64,000 nucleotides of DNA from an uncultured Pirellula sp. (GTDB lineage: Bacteria > Planctomycetota > Planctomycetia > Pirellulales > Pirellulaceae): the NCBI GenBank assembly GCA_964483385.1, contig CAZACJ010000001.1:18780-82779 (forward strand), in the 5' to 3' direction. The notes under the pieces are model-generated. The model was not told the origin of the DNA, made no database searches, and worked only from the letters and a program-made list of their open reading frames with translations. The position numbers and the translations under genes were made by a program. Shown in pieces: positions 1 to 8,715 of the stretch (the stretch's first letter is position 1; each line of letters opens with the position of its first letter).

Positions 1-3000
1 GCGAGCCAAGGCTCGGACGTAGTCTATACCAGCGCGGAGATCGAGTTCGAAGGCTTGGCGTAAGATGCTCTCTGACTCTTGGCTGGCTCCGAGTTCATTG
101 AGAGCTTGACCTGCCTGTACGAGGATTTTAGCGGTTTGGGAGCTATCGCCTTTGACGGTAGATTGGCTGAGTTGGTTATCTTTCCAAGTGACTACTTTTT
201 GGATAGCCAATTCAGACTTTCCGGAAAGTTTCAGGAGTCTGCTTCGTAGCAGTACGGTGGAGAATCCGTCTGGGGCTACGAGTTCCATGCGGTCAGCTTG
301 GATGTTGGCTTCGCCGATTTTTTCTCGTTCGATTAGGAAGTCTGCGTATCCGTAGAGGTATTCCGGCGGGGTGTCAGCTCCTTGGCAAGCTGCTTTCAGG
401 TTTCGTTCGGCGGCGATTGATAACTTTTCGATTTGGGGATCATCGGGGACTTGGGCAGCGATGAGTTTTGCGTTGCGCATGTAAACAGAGGCTAAGCGGA
501 AGCGGTCTTCTTGGGTTCTATTCAAGGGGTCTTCTACGAGTCCTTCGAGTAAGAACTGGGCTTGTGCGAGGTCTCTGGATGTGCCGCGTTGCGCAAAGAG
601 CTCTGCGCGAAGTCGTCTGTCATCTGGGGTATCAGCAGCAGAGTTGGATTGGTAGATCGATTCGATCATTTCCCAGTCTTTGTCTTGACCGCGTGAAGCG
701 AGGAGGGTGACGAAGGCGCGTCGAGCATCGGCATTCTCTGGGGCTGATTTCCAGATGCGTTCGTAAGCATCAATTGCTTCGTCTTGTTTGCCTTGAGTGA
801 TGAGTAAGCCGGCGAGTTTGAGTTCGATGTCGATTTTGTCTTTAGCAGTCTTTTTGGCTTCTTGGAGAGCTTCAGTGGCTTCTGCCATTCTTCCGAGGAC
901 TTGATAGACCTGAGCAACGGCTACCCATTTTTCGGTTGCCTCAACGTTGCTCACTTTGATTCGATCGATGATTTCTTCGACTTTTGCTGGGTTTTTCGTA
1001 AGATAATAAAAACCGAAAGCTGCGTTGAAAACAGCTACGGATTTTTCTTCGGCAAGTTCTAATCCACGCAATATTGCTTCTTCGGCTTTGGTTATCTCGT
1101 TGGGTCTTTGGTCATCTGGAAGGGCTCTGGAGGAGAGTTCAAGGATTTGTCCATACCAGACCCAAGCCATGGCGTCTTTGGGTCGAGCGAGGGTTCCTGC
1201 TCTTGCAGTCTCTAGCATTTCCGATTCATCTCTACCTGCCAGGCCGATAGCTAGGGATGAGAGTCTTTGGGAGCGGTTTGATCTTTCACCGAGGCGATCG
1301 ATCAGAGAGTTGGCCTCTGCGATCATTCCCTGGGTCATGTAGAGTTCCGCCAATCGTTCGAAGGTATGGATGTCGTCATCTCCGAGCGAGATAGCACGCG
1401 CATAATCCTTGACGGCTTTTGTGTAGTTTCTAGAGGTGTCTTCAACCATGGCAGCTACGAGGTGGGTAGCAGACCAGAGAGGCCGTTGTCGATCTAGGTA
1501 ATTTGCAAGTTCTCTGAGTTCATTGGAGTCATCGAAGCCGTCGATTAGATTTTTGGCCAGCAGCCTTCTTGCTCGAAGATATCGCCATTCGGTTCCTTCT
1601 TTTCCTTCGATTTCTCGCAAGCGTTCTTCGATTTCCTGGATGGATTTACACCATGCTTCGATCGCTGCCTTTTTTTTATCGTCATCGTTTTCCTCTTCGA
1701 TTTGGATTGGTCGAACGAGAACGAGCCTGCCGGCTTCCTTAAGAGCTGCGAGGTTTTTTGTTAGGAAGTCGTTTTGGTTGAAGACTTCGCCAACTTTCGT
1801 GTTTTTTGAGTTAACTCTCACAAGGGCTTGTTGAAGTTGTTCGTTATCTGGATCTTCCTTCATTCTTGCGTCGACGAGCTGGGCTGCTTGTTCTTGAAAT
1901 CCATCACGGAGCATACGATCGATTTTGGCTAGAAAGACGCCGATGTCTTTGGGGGCTTTTTCTTCGAGTTTCGTTAGCATATCCCGGGACTGCTGTTCGA
2001 AGCCCCAGTCGCTGAGTCTTTCGACGGAGAAGCGTTGTAGTTGGATATCGGTTGGGTAAATTGCGTTGAGTTCTATAAGTTTTTCGGCGGCAGCAGACTT
2101 GATCAGATCTAGGTCATTTGGGTCGGCCCGCAGTACTTTGGAGTCGAGGCCGACGGTGTCTACAAGCCAAGGTTTTTCCACTAGATATGGATCTGAGGAT
2201 TGAAGTGCGGAGGCTTCTTCAAGAGATTCATCGAAGATGAACCAGTCTCTAAAGTTTTGGCGACCTCTGGCTTGCGTTTCGAGGATGTATTCGCAGAGCC
2301 GGATGTGGTCTTTCCCGGACTTGAGTGACACGCGTTGCAATTGCGTGATCGCTTCACGGTATCGACCAGTTGCAGCCCAAGCTTCCGCTGCTCCGCGATA
2401 CCTTTCGTCTTCGTTTGGAGTTAGGCTCGCTGCAGTTTCGTAGTAAGCCGCAGCGCGGTCGTACTGTCCAGAACGCATGTAGCAACCTGCTAGGAACGCG
2501 AACAATTCCGAGCGATTGCGGGAGTCCATTTCCAAGTTACTTGCAACGACTTGTTCGAGCAGATTGGTGGCCGAGAGGTAATCACGCTTGGTCACGTAGT
2601 AGCTAGCCCAAGCTTGTTTGCCGAGTCGTTCGAGGTAGCCTTGGAAGCGGTTGCTCACGAGCGTACTCTGATCGCGAAGTACACGATCCATCTCCTGGAG
2701 GATGAGTTGGCTTTTTTCCAGATCACCTTCGCGGAGCCAGTAATCAGCGATTTTGAAATAGAGCAAGGACGTTGGAGCGGCGGCGATACGGATTCCATTC
2801 TCCCACACCGCAAGGGCTTCGTCCTTTCGAGAGCGTTCCGAGAGTGTATCCCCTAGGCCTAGGTAGGTTTGTACGTCGCGTCTAAGGTTTTTCTCTAGGC
2901 AGACGCGGAAATAGGTTTCGGCTTTCTCCAGCCATTCGTCTTTCTTTTCGAGTTCTGAGACACCGTATGCGTTTTTAGCACGGTTCAGGTAGTGCATTCC

Positions 3001-3915
3001 CGCTTCCAGAACGATCTCTGGATCTTCTGGGGCAAGCGCTAGAGCTTGTACGATGTCGGATTCTGCGGCAATTCTGTCGATTTGTGAAGTAATTCTGTAG
3101 TGGATCAACCAAGCTTCGGGGTCTTCTCTATGGGTCGATAGCATGCGGTCGACGACGGTCAAAGCTCTATCCTTTAGAGCTTTGGGGCTTTCATTTCCGA
3201 GTTGTGAGTTTCGCAAGAAAGTTTCGTCTTCTAGGCAAGCGATAGCGATTGCGTAGCTAATATCTTTATCGCCGGGGTTTTCGATGAGTGCTTTGAGCAG
3301 TAGATCGACAGAGTGCATCGCAGATGCAGTGACCAGCCATTCGTACATAAGCGACTGCGATGCGCTTGAGAATGAGTGTGAGCGTTTATCTAGTGCAAGT
3401 TTGAATCGGCATCGAGCGAGCCACTTTAGTAGAAGTGGATCCATAGTTGGGGAGGACAATCTCGGAATTTGCTCCATCGCGTCTTCATAGCGTCCAAGAT
3501 CGAAGAGTCGTTCCATCATTCGAGTTCTCAGCGCTGGAACTCGATCTTTAAAGTCGGGGTTGGCTTCGCAGCCCCCCACGGCCGCTGCGTAGAGGGAAAC
3601 GGCAAGTGAGTATTCGGGGAAGGTTTTTGCGGCCTTGTCGACCGCTTCTGCATACCGGACTTTGTATTCCGGATTCGTTGGGTCGAGTTGAAGTAGGCTT
3701 TCCAGTACTCCGGAGGCTTCGCGCCAGCTACCTTGCTCTGTTAATTCCACTGCACGTCCATCTAGCGCGTTTCTCACGCGTTCGACTTGGACATTCCGAA
3801 CGATCACTCCGGACAACCCAAGCACTATCAGCATGACCAGCGATCCTACGGCCAGCTTCCAATTAAGAACAAGCCGTTGGCGGGTCTCTGGGGTAGAGCG
3901 TTTATGGATTTTCAT
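1..3915 (-). CDS. Very large tetratricopeptide-repeat (TPR) protein with N-terminal transmembrane anchor; 3' end lies outside the window
   Basis: Not in the ORF track because no stop falls inside the window. Manual translation from ATG at 3915 gives MKIHKRSTPETRQRLVLNWKLAVGSLVMLIVLGLSGVIVRNVQVERVRNALDGRAVELTEQGSWREASGVLESLLQLDPTNPEYKVRYAEAVDK. Spot translations at 1-60, 1801-1860 and 2821-2880 are open in the same frame with helical TPR-like text (e.g. KEDPDNEQLQQALVRV). At least 1305 codons. Confidence 0.8.
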   Translation of the reverse strand, partial: MKIHKRSTPETRQRLVLNWKLAVGSLVMLIVLGLSGVIVRNVQVERVRNALDGRAVELTEQGSWREASGVLESLLQLDPTNPEYKVRYAEAVDKAAKTFPEYSLAVSLYAAAVGGCEANPDFKDRVPALRTRMMERLFDLGRYEDAMEQIPRLSSPTMDPLLLKWLARCRFKLALDKRSHSFSSASQSLMYEWLVTASAMHSVDLLLKALIENPGDKDISYAIAIACLEDETFLRNSQLGNESPKALKDRALTVVDRMLSTHREDPEAWLIHYRITSQIDRIAAESDIVQALALAPEDPEIVLEAGMHYLNRAKNAYGVSELEKKDEWLEKAETYFRVCLEKNLRRDVQTYLGLGDTLSERSRKDEALAVWENGIRIAAAPTSLLYFKIADYWLREGDLEKSQLILQEMDRVLRDQSTLVSNRFQGYLERLGKQAWASYYVTKRDYLSATNLLEQVVASNLEMDSRNRSELFAFLAGCYMRSGQYDRAAAYYETAASLTPNEDERYRGAAEAWAATGRYREAITQLQRVSLKSGKDHIRLCEYILETQARGRQNFRDWFIFDESLEEASALQSSDPYLVEKPWLVDTVGLDSKVLRADPNDLDLIKSAAAEKLIELNAIYPTDIQLQRFSVERLSDWGFEQQSRDMLTKLEEKAPKDIGVFLAKIDRMLRDGFQEQAAQLVDARMKEDPDNEQLQQALVRVNSKNTKVGEVFNQNDFLTKNLAALKEAGRLVLVRPIQIEEENDDDKKKAAIEAWCKSIQEIEERLREIEGKEGTEWRYLRARRLLAKNLIDGFDDSNELRELANYLDRQRPLWSATHLVAAMVEDTSRNYTKAVKDYARAISLGDDDIHTFERLAELYMTQGMIAEANSLIDRLGERSNRSQRLSSLAIGLAGRDESEMLETARAGTLARPKDAMAWVWYGQILELSSRALPDDQRPNEITKAEEAILRGLELAEEKSVAVFNAAFGFYYLTKNPAKVEEIIDRIKVSNVEATEKWVAVAQVYQVLGRMAEATEALQEAKKTAKDKIDIELKLAGLLITQGKQDEAIDAYERIWKSAPENADARRAFVTLLASRGQDKDWEMIESIYQSNSAADTPDDRRLRAELFAQRGTSRDLAQAQFLLEGLVEDPLNRTQEDRFRLASVYMRNAKLIAAQVPDDPQIEKLSIAAERNLKAACQGADTPPEYLYGYADFLIEREKIGEANIQADRMELVAPDGFSTVLLRSRLLKLSGKSELAIQKVVTWKDNQLSQSTVKGDSSQTAKILVQAGQALNELGASQESESILRQAFELDLRAGIDYVRALAR

Positions 3916-3943
3916 CTGTGGCTAGATCGAGAGCAATTATGGA

Positions 3944-3973
3944 AAAATGCGCACCTGGTTGGAGGTGCGCATT
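3944..3973 (-). terminator. Intrinsic terminator-like hairpin between wzc and the TPR gene
   Basis: Perfect 11-bp inverted repeat AATGCGCACCT (3946-3956) / AGGTGCGCATT (3963-3973) with a 6-nt loop. On the minus strand the stem ends in a 5-T run. Confidence 0.6.
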
Positions 3974-4036
3974 GAGGGCGTTTGTGTTGGATTCAATCTG
4001 ACGTTACGCCAGAGAATGTAGTTAAAGACATGTGCG

Positions 4037-6271
4037 TTAAGCTTTGGATTCGTAGTAATCGCCGTAATAACTAGCGTATTCCTTGACGGGCACACCCGAG
4101 AGTACGGACCCGGCAACACGAGCGCCTGCCGATTCCATTCTTGCAAATGCCTGAACCATTTGTTCGATGCGGCTTTTATCTCTCAAGGCACAAATCAGAA
4201 CTGCATCAGCTGCGGTTGCAAAAAGTAGGGCTTCGCTCGCTGGCAACACAGGTGGGGTATCTACGACGATGAATCCGTATTCTTCCCTAGCTTCAGCGAT
4301 CATTTTTTCGAATCGACCTGAACTCATTAACCGGTGGGGGCTTCCTTTTAGATACCCCGCAGAGAGGATGTGAATCGATTCGTTCCAGTCGCGGTCCACG
4401 TATTCGCGCCAGTCACCGTCACCGGATAGGTAGCCTACTAGCCCTGGGGACATTTGGCGACCGAAAACGTGGTGAACGTCAGGTGCGCGAAGGTCACCGT
4501 CTACGAGCAAGACTTTTTTACCGGTCGCTCGAGCCATACTAACTACGAGTTGGCATGAGACGCTCGTTTTTCCTTCGCCTGAGAGCGCACTTGTTACCGT
4601 GAATACTTGAGAGCCTTTGAGATCTTCTCTGAGGATTAGGGTTGTCGAGAGAGAATCGACACTTTCTTCGAACAGTCGAAGTTCGCGGGCGTGCGAACGT
4701 TTTCGTTTGGAAAGTTTACCGTTCGTAGCGACGGGAATTGTTGAGATTTCCCCGAGTACGGACAGACGGGTTTTTGATTCGAGTTGTGCTGCATCGTCTA
4801 CTCTGCGAGTTCGGATTTCGAGTAGCAGCGCGATGAGGAAGGGGAAGGTAGCGGCGAGCATTCCGCCGAGAGCTAATTGCTTGTATGGAAGTTCTTCTAT
4901 AGGCAAGCGTGGTGCGATAGCTCGTTCCAGTTCTCTCACTGAGTCCATAGCGTCGCGTTCGGTTTGCAGTTGGATACGTCGGTTGTGCACTGTCGCTCGA
5001 ATATTATTCCATTCTTCGAGGTCTGCTTCAGCGAACTGCAGATCGACACTGGTAGCGCTCGATTGTTTCAATGAAGTGAGGTATTCCTTGACTTGGTTTT
5101 CGAGAACATCCCGTTTGGTCTTCATTTCGGACACTTTGTCTCGGAGTGCAGTGATACGATCTCTGCGTGCATCTGCTGAAGCGAGAACACCTCGATTTGA
5201 CAGTTCCGCTTTTCTGCTTTCCTTCACGCGTTCGAGTTCTTTTTCCAAGAACTCCACGCGTCGTTGGGCTTGGATGTAGATTGGATTTTTCACACCGACG
5301 TTTGTGGCTGTTTCTAGATCGCGCAAAGCCGCCTTGGCGTTTTCGACTTGTTGAATTACGGCACCGACGACAACGTCTCGGTCGAGTAATTCAGGAGTGA
5401 TTTCAACGGGTTTTGGTTCTTCACCACCATCTTCTTTAATTTGTTGATCACGTTTGTATGCGGCTTCTACTTCGGCGAGATTGAGTTCGAGGATAGCCAA
5501 TTCGCTGGTCAGTTCCATCCGTTGCATACGGATACCGTCGAGGTACGTGGTGTCGATTTTGCCGCTAGCCGATTCGCCGACGAGGCTGTCGCTTTTGACA
5601 GCTTGTACGCTAAGGTCTCGCACGCGAGCCTTTGCTGCTTCGACTTCCGCCTCTGCTTTGGAGAGGGCGGCGAGAACGTTTCGTTCTTGGGTGGAGGTGC
5701 GAATTTCGTCCATGGCGCGACGGGTACGTAGGTATTCATCCACGAGGGTATTTACGACGTTTGCGGCGGCCGTTGGGTCTGGGTCTTCGAATCGCACGTC
5801 CATGAGTCGGAACCCAGCAGAGCTGGTGACTCGGACTTCTTCTCGCAGGAAGGCTACCGGGTCTTTGGCTTGTGCCACTGCGGGAACAGAGGCTATGACG
5901 CGGTCAGCGACAGCCTTTTCGAGAACGCTATTTCCCAGAAGGATTGCTTTTTGCAGATCAACAAATTCAGAGGAGGGGCGAACCGAACCATCTTTGAACA
6001 CCACGAACGTGCTCGGGTCGACTTCAAGACGGAATCTAGCTTGGTAAGAAGGTCTGAAGAAAGCGAGTACAGCGGCGGAGGCGATTGCGATGCAAAGGAG
6101 CATGGCTGGAATCATCCAAGCCCAATTTTTACGGAACAAGCTCCAGAAGAACGCCGCATCGAGTGTTGGGATCCCGAAGTTCGAGGTTCGTCGTGCAACG
6201 GAGGTCGGTGTTGCGCCACCGGCCACGGAGACCGCTGAAACTCGAGCCAGCTTACCAGGATTATCTGCCAT
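4037..6271 (-). CDS. wzc: Polysaccharide co-polymerase / BY-kinase (Wzc, CpsD/CapB family)
   Basis: 744 aa. N-terminal TM, coiled-coil periplasmic region and second TM. Walker A (TSALSGEGKTS), A' (LLVDGDLRAP) and B (IVVDTPP) motifs. C-terminal tyrosine cluster YASYYGDYY. Confidence 0.92.
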   Translation of the reverse strand: MADNPGKLARVSAVSVAGGATPTSVARRTSNFGIPTLDAAFFWSLFRKNWAWMIPAMLLCIAIASAAVLAFFRPSYQARFRLEVDPSTFVVFKDGSVRPSSEFVDLQKAILLGNSVLEKAVADRVIASVPAVAQAKDPVAFLREEVRVTSSAGFRLMDVRFEDPDPTAAANVVNTLVDEYLRTRRAMDEIRTSTQERNVLAALSKAEAEVEAAKARVRDLSVQAVKSDSLVGESASGKIDTTYLDGIRMQRMELTSELAILELNLAEVEAAYKRDQQIKEDGGEEPKPVEITPELLDRDVVVGAVIQQVENAKAALRDLETATNVGVKNPIYIQAQRRVEFLEKELERVKESRKAELSNRGVLASADARRDRITALRDKVSEMKTKRDVLENQVKEYLTSLKQSSATSVDLQFAEADLEEWNNIRATVHNRRIQLQTERDAMDSVRELERAIAPRLPIEELPYKQLALGGMLAATFPFLIALLLEIRTRRVDDAAQLESKTRLSVLGEISTIPVATNGKLSKRKRSHARELRLFEESVDSLSTTLILREDLKGSQVFTVTSALSGEGKTSVSCQLVVSMARATGKKVLLVDGDLRAPDVHHVFGRQMSPGLVGYLSGDGDWREYVDRDWNESIHILSAGYLKGSPHRLMSSGRFEKMIAEAREEYGFIVVDTPPVLPASEALLFATAADAVLICALRDKSRIEQMVQAFARMESAGARVAGSVLSGVPVKEYASYYGDYYESKA

Positions 6272-6316
6272 TGGGACTTACTCCATCCAAACAAAAACAA
6301 GCGTGTGAGGTCTTAC

Positions 6317-7372
6317 TTAGGCTCTTCGCAGAGCGACTTGATCCATCGTCTGAGCGTCTTGAATCAACCATCGCAGATACATCACGAAGGCACCGAAAAG
6401 CGCCCCTGCTAGCAAGATCATAAAATATCCAGCTATGTCGTGAGAGAACTTCTTTGCCGCTTCGCCGCTTAGCCATTGGTAACATAGGCCAGTGACGACA
6501 ATTCGAGAGATGTTTGCTATCAAAGCGATGGGGATTGCCGCGAGGATGATCAAGCCACCTTCCCACCAGGTTCGGCGGGCAAGCATTGCGTAAACGTAGG
6601 CGAGTGCGAATACGCCGAAGAAGATTCGCAGGCCGGAGCATGCGCGTTCGACTTCTAGCACGTTTTCTCCGAGCAATATAGTCGTGCCTTGGGAGATTGC
6701 AGGTTGGCCCAGGAGTTGTAGCACTCCTGCGCTTCCATGGGTAGCGACCCATTGGAGGGGGCGGCTGAGTTCGTTTTCGATTCGGAAGGGAAGCGGAATC
6801 ATAAAAAAGAGGAATATGAGCATCGGAAACGCCCACACGGCGAAAGCCCAACCGCCGAGAACCCAACTGAGGGCCATAACGGTCAAGGGGATCATCCAAC
6901 CGTCGGCAAAATCGAGATATGCCCAGCGGGAGAACAGGCGTACACCTAGCACGGCGAGCAACAGAATCAAGCCACCGGGATGGAATCCTGCTCGAAGTGG
7001 GGGCATGGAATCGCGGAAGGACCACATCAGGTATGCAACGATTGGAATAACGAACCAACCGTGTGAGTAATCTGGTTCGCGTTCCCAGGCTTGGACGAGG
7101 TTCGTCCAGGAGGGGAGGAATGACCAGAGTAACACTAGGGCGCAAGCCACCAGGCCGGCCCAAGCGAATTTATTGGCGACCCAGGGGTAGCGGAGGGTAG
7201 CTGGGTCGACTTTACCGCTAGCTAGCAGCAGTTTTTCCTGGACTGAGCCACCATCTTCAACAAGATCTGCGGATCTTCTACGTCTTGTGAGCTGTAACGG
7301 ATCCGATCCTCTTACGGATGGATCCAATGAAATTGCGGGGGGACCCCCGGAACGTCTACGTCGACTGCTCAT
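6317..7372 (-). CDS. Exosortase (EpsH/Xrt family transpeptidase)
   Basis: 351 aa multi-TM protein with YSHG, PLPF and the catalytic-triad context VERACSGLR (Cys), ANISRIVV (Arg), FSHDIAG (His). Confidence 0.93.
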   Translation of the reverse strand: MSSRRRRSGGPPAISLDPSVRGSDPLQLTRRRRSADLVEDGGSVQEKLLLASGKVDPATLRYPWVANKFAWAGLVACALVLLWSFLPSWTNLVQAWEREPDYSHGWFVIPIVAYLMWSFRDSMPPLRAGFHPGGLILLLAVLGVRLFSRWAYLDFADGWMIPLTVMALSWVLGGWAFAVWAFPMLIFLFFMIPLPFRIENELSRPLQWVATHGSAGVLQLLGQPAISQGTTILLGENVLEVERACSGLRIFFGVFALAYVYAMLARRTWWEGGLIILAAIPIALIANISRIVVTGLCYQWLSGEAAKKFSHDIAGYFMILLAGALFGAFVMYLRWLIQDAQTMDQVALRRA

Positions 7373-7512
7373 GATCCGTACCCCCTTAGATAATGCTTTT
7401 CAGACATGCACAAAGCATAAGCGAATGAACTAGAAGGTCAACTGGCCGAGCGCTTTAATTCGGTTAATTCCAGCGAAACCACGTGGAAATTCGTTGGGGT
7501 AGTGTGATTGGA

Positions 7513-8658
7513 CTAGGGGATTCCTCGAACGATTGGCGGCCCAATCCACCGGGTTATCGTAACCGGTAATTTTTGCCACAGTCGGATGAGTTTTTGTTTA
7601 TTTGGTGAGTCGGGGCGCATGTCGGTTGGGTTACCTTTTCGAACGTAGAATTGCCAGGTAGCTTGGTGTGGTTTCGCTCCCCACTGTTCCTTGAATTTGT
7701 ACGTTCCGCTGCCGACGGAGCTTCTACCGAAATCGAAACATTGTGATTTGCGTTCGATGGCACGATCCAGGAGTTTTGAGTACATCCACATATTTACCCC
7801 TGTTGCGTTGAAGCGTCGCAGGGAGCTCGCGCTCGGGACTTCCGTTTTTCCTTGATGATGAATCAGGAGGGCTGCGGCGGTGGGGTAAGCGTTGAGGTAT
7901 ACCACGCCGAGTTCGGCTTGTCCGCTGTGTGTTGGATTTGGGGTTGGGGTGTGAGCTGGAGACGTGTGGGGGGAGTTTTTAGGGGGAAAAGCTTTCAGTA
8001 TTTCGCGAAAGAGACTCTTGCTATAAACAGGAGTGCCTAGGTCTCGCATGTTTTCGGCAAAAACTCCGTAGAAATCTTGGAGGAGTTCTGTGGTGCCAAA
8101 ACGGATTTCGAAGTTGTTTTCGTTCGCTTTCTTTATTTGGCTCCGAAGTTTGCTTTTAAAGCTAGCCATGAGGGTTGAGGCATCGTTTGGAAGTGGGAGT
8201 CGCATGTGGACTTTGTCGCTTCGTTCGGCGTTGAAAGCGGGATGCGGGAAGGGGGACTCGTGTCGCAGTTCTAGGTGTTTGACGTCGAGGGTATCGGCGA
8301 GTTCGACTGCGCGGTTGATCAACGAGATTCCGAGTTCGCGCAGGGCGGGTTGCAGTTCTGTTGCTTGTGAGGGGATTATGGAATTGGGGATCTGTGATGA
8401 TTGCAGCAGTAGTCCCCCTGAGTTGAGATAGGGGAGGGAAACCAAGAACTTTCCGAAGAGAAGGCTTTGGACGAGCATCAACGGCAGGCAGCCTTTGGCT
8501 CCGCAATTTGACTGCGCGACGAGGAAGAAGGGCTGGTGTTTCAGGCCTCTGGGAAGGGCTTCCCACCACTGCATAGATGGGTGGACACTTGACCAGTCCC
8601 AGGACGGTCCCAGCAGGTCGTAAGCTTGTTGAGGATTTTGGCAGGTTTCAACCTTCAC
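7513..8658 (-). CDS. FemAB-related GNAT protein, PEP-CTERM/exosortase-system associated
   Basis: 381 aa. LVSLPYLNSGG, FKSKLRSQIKKA, FAENMRDLGTPVY and FDFGRSSVGSGTYKFKEQWGAKP are typical of the PEP-CTERM-associated FemAB family. Confidence 0.88.
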   Translation of the reverse strand: MKVETCQNPQQAYDLLGPSWDWSSVHPSMQWWEALPRGLKHQPFFLVAQSNCGAKGCLPLMLVQSLLFGKFLVSLPYLNSGGLLLQSSQIPNSIIPSQATELQPALRELGISLINRAVELADTLDVKHLELRHESPFPHPAFNAERSDKVHMRLPLPNDASTLMASFKSKLRSQIKKANENNFEIRFGTTELLQDFYGVFAENMRDLGTPVYSKSLFREILKAFPPKNSPHTSPAHTPTPNPTHSGQAELGVVYLNAYPTAAALLIHHQGKTEVPSASSLRRFNATGVNMWMYSKLLDRAIERKSQCFDFGRSSVGSGTYKFKEQWGAKPHQATWQFYVRKGNPTDMRPDSPNKQKLIRLWQKLPVTITRWIGPPIVRGIP

Positions 8659-8715
8659 AATTCGATCCGTAATTGCCTGAGGAAAAAAGGAGTGGGGGCG
8701 AGTTTGGGGTGGACT

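Noticed and set aside
152-3975. Many + strand ORFs of 60-105 aa in the track
   Set aside because: Ser/Arg-rich antisense shadows of the long minus-strand TPR gene. The same applies to most short ORFs opposite real genes across the window.
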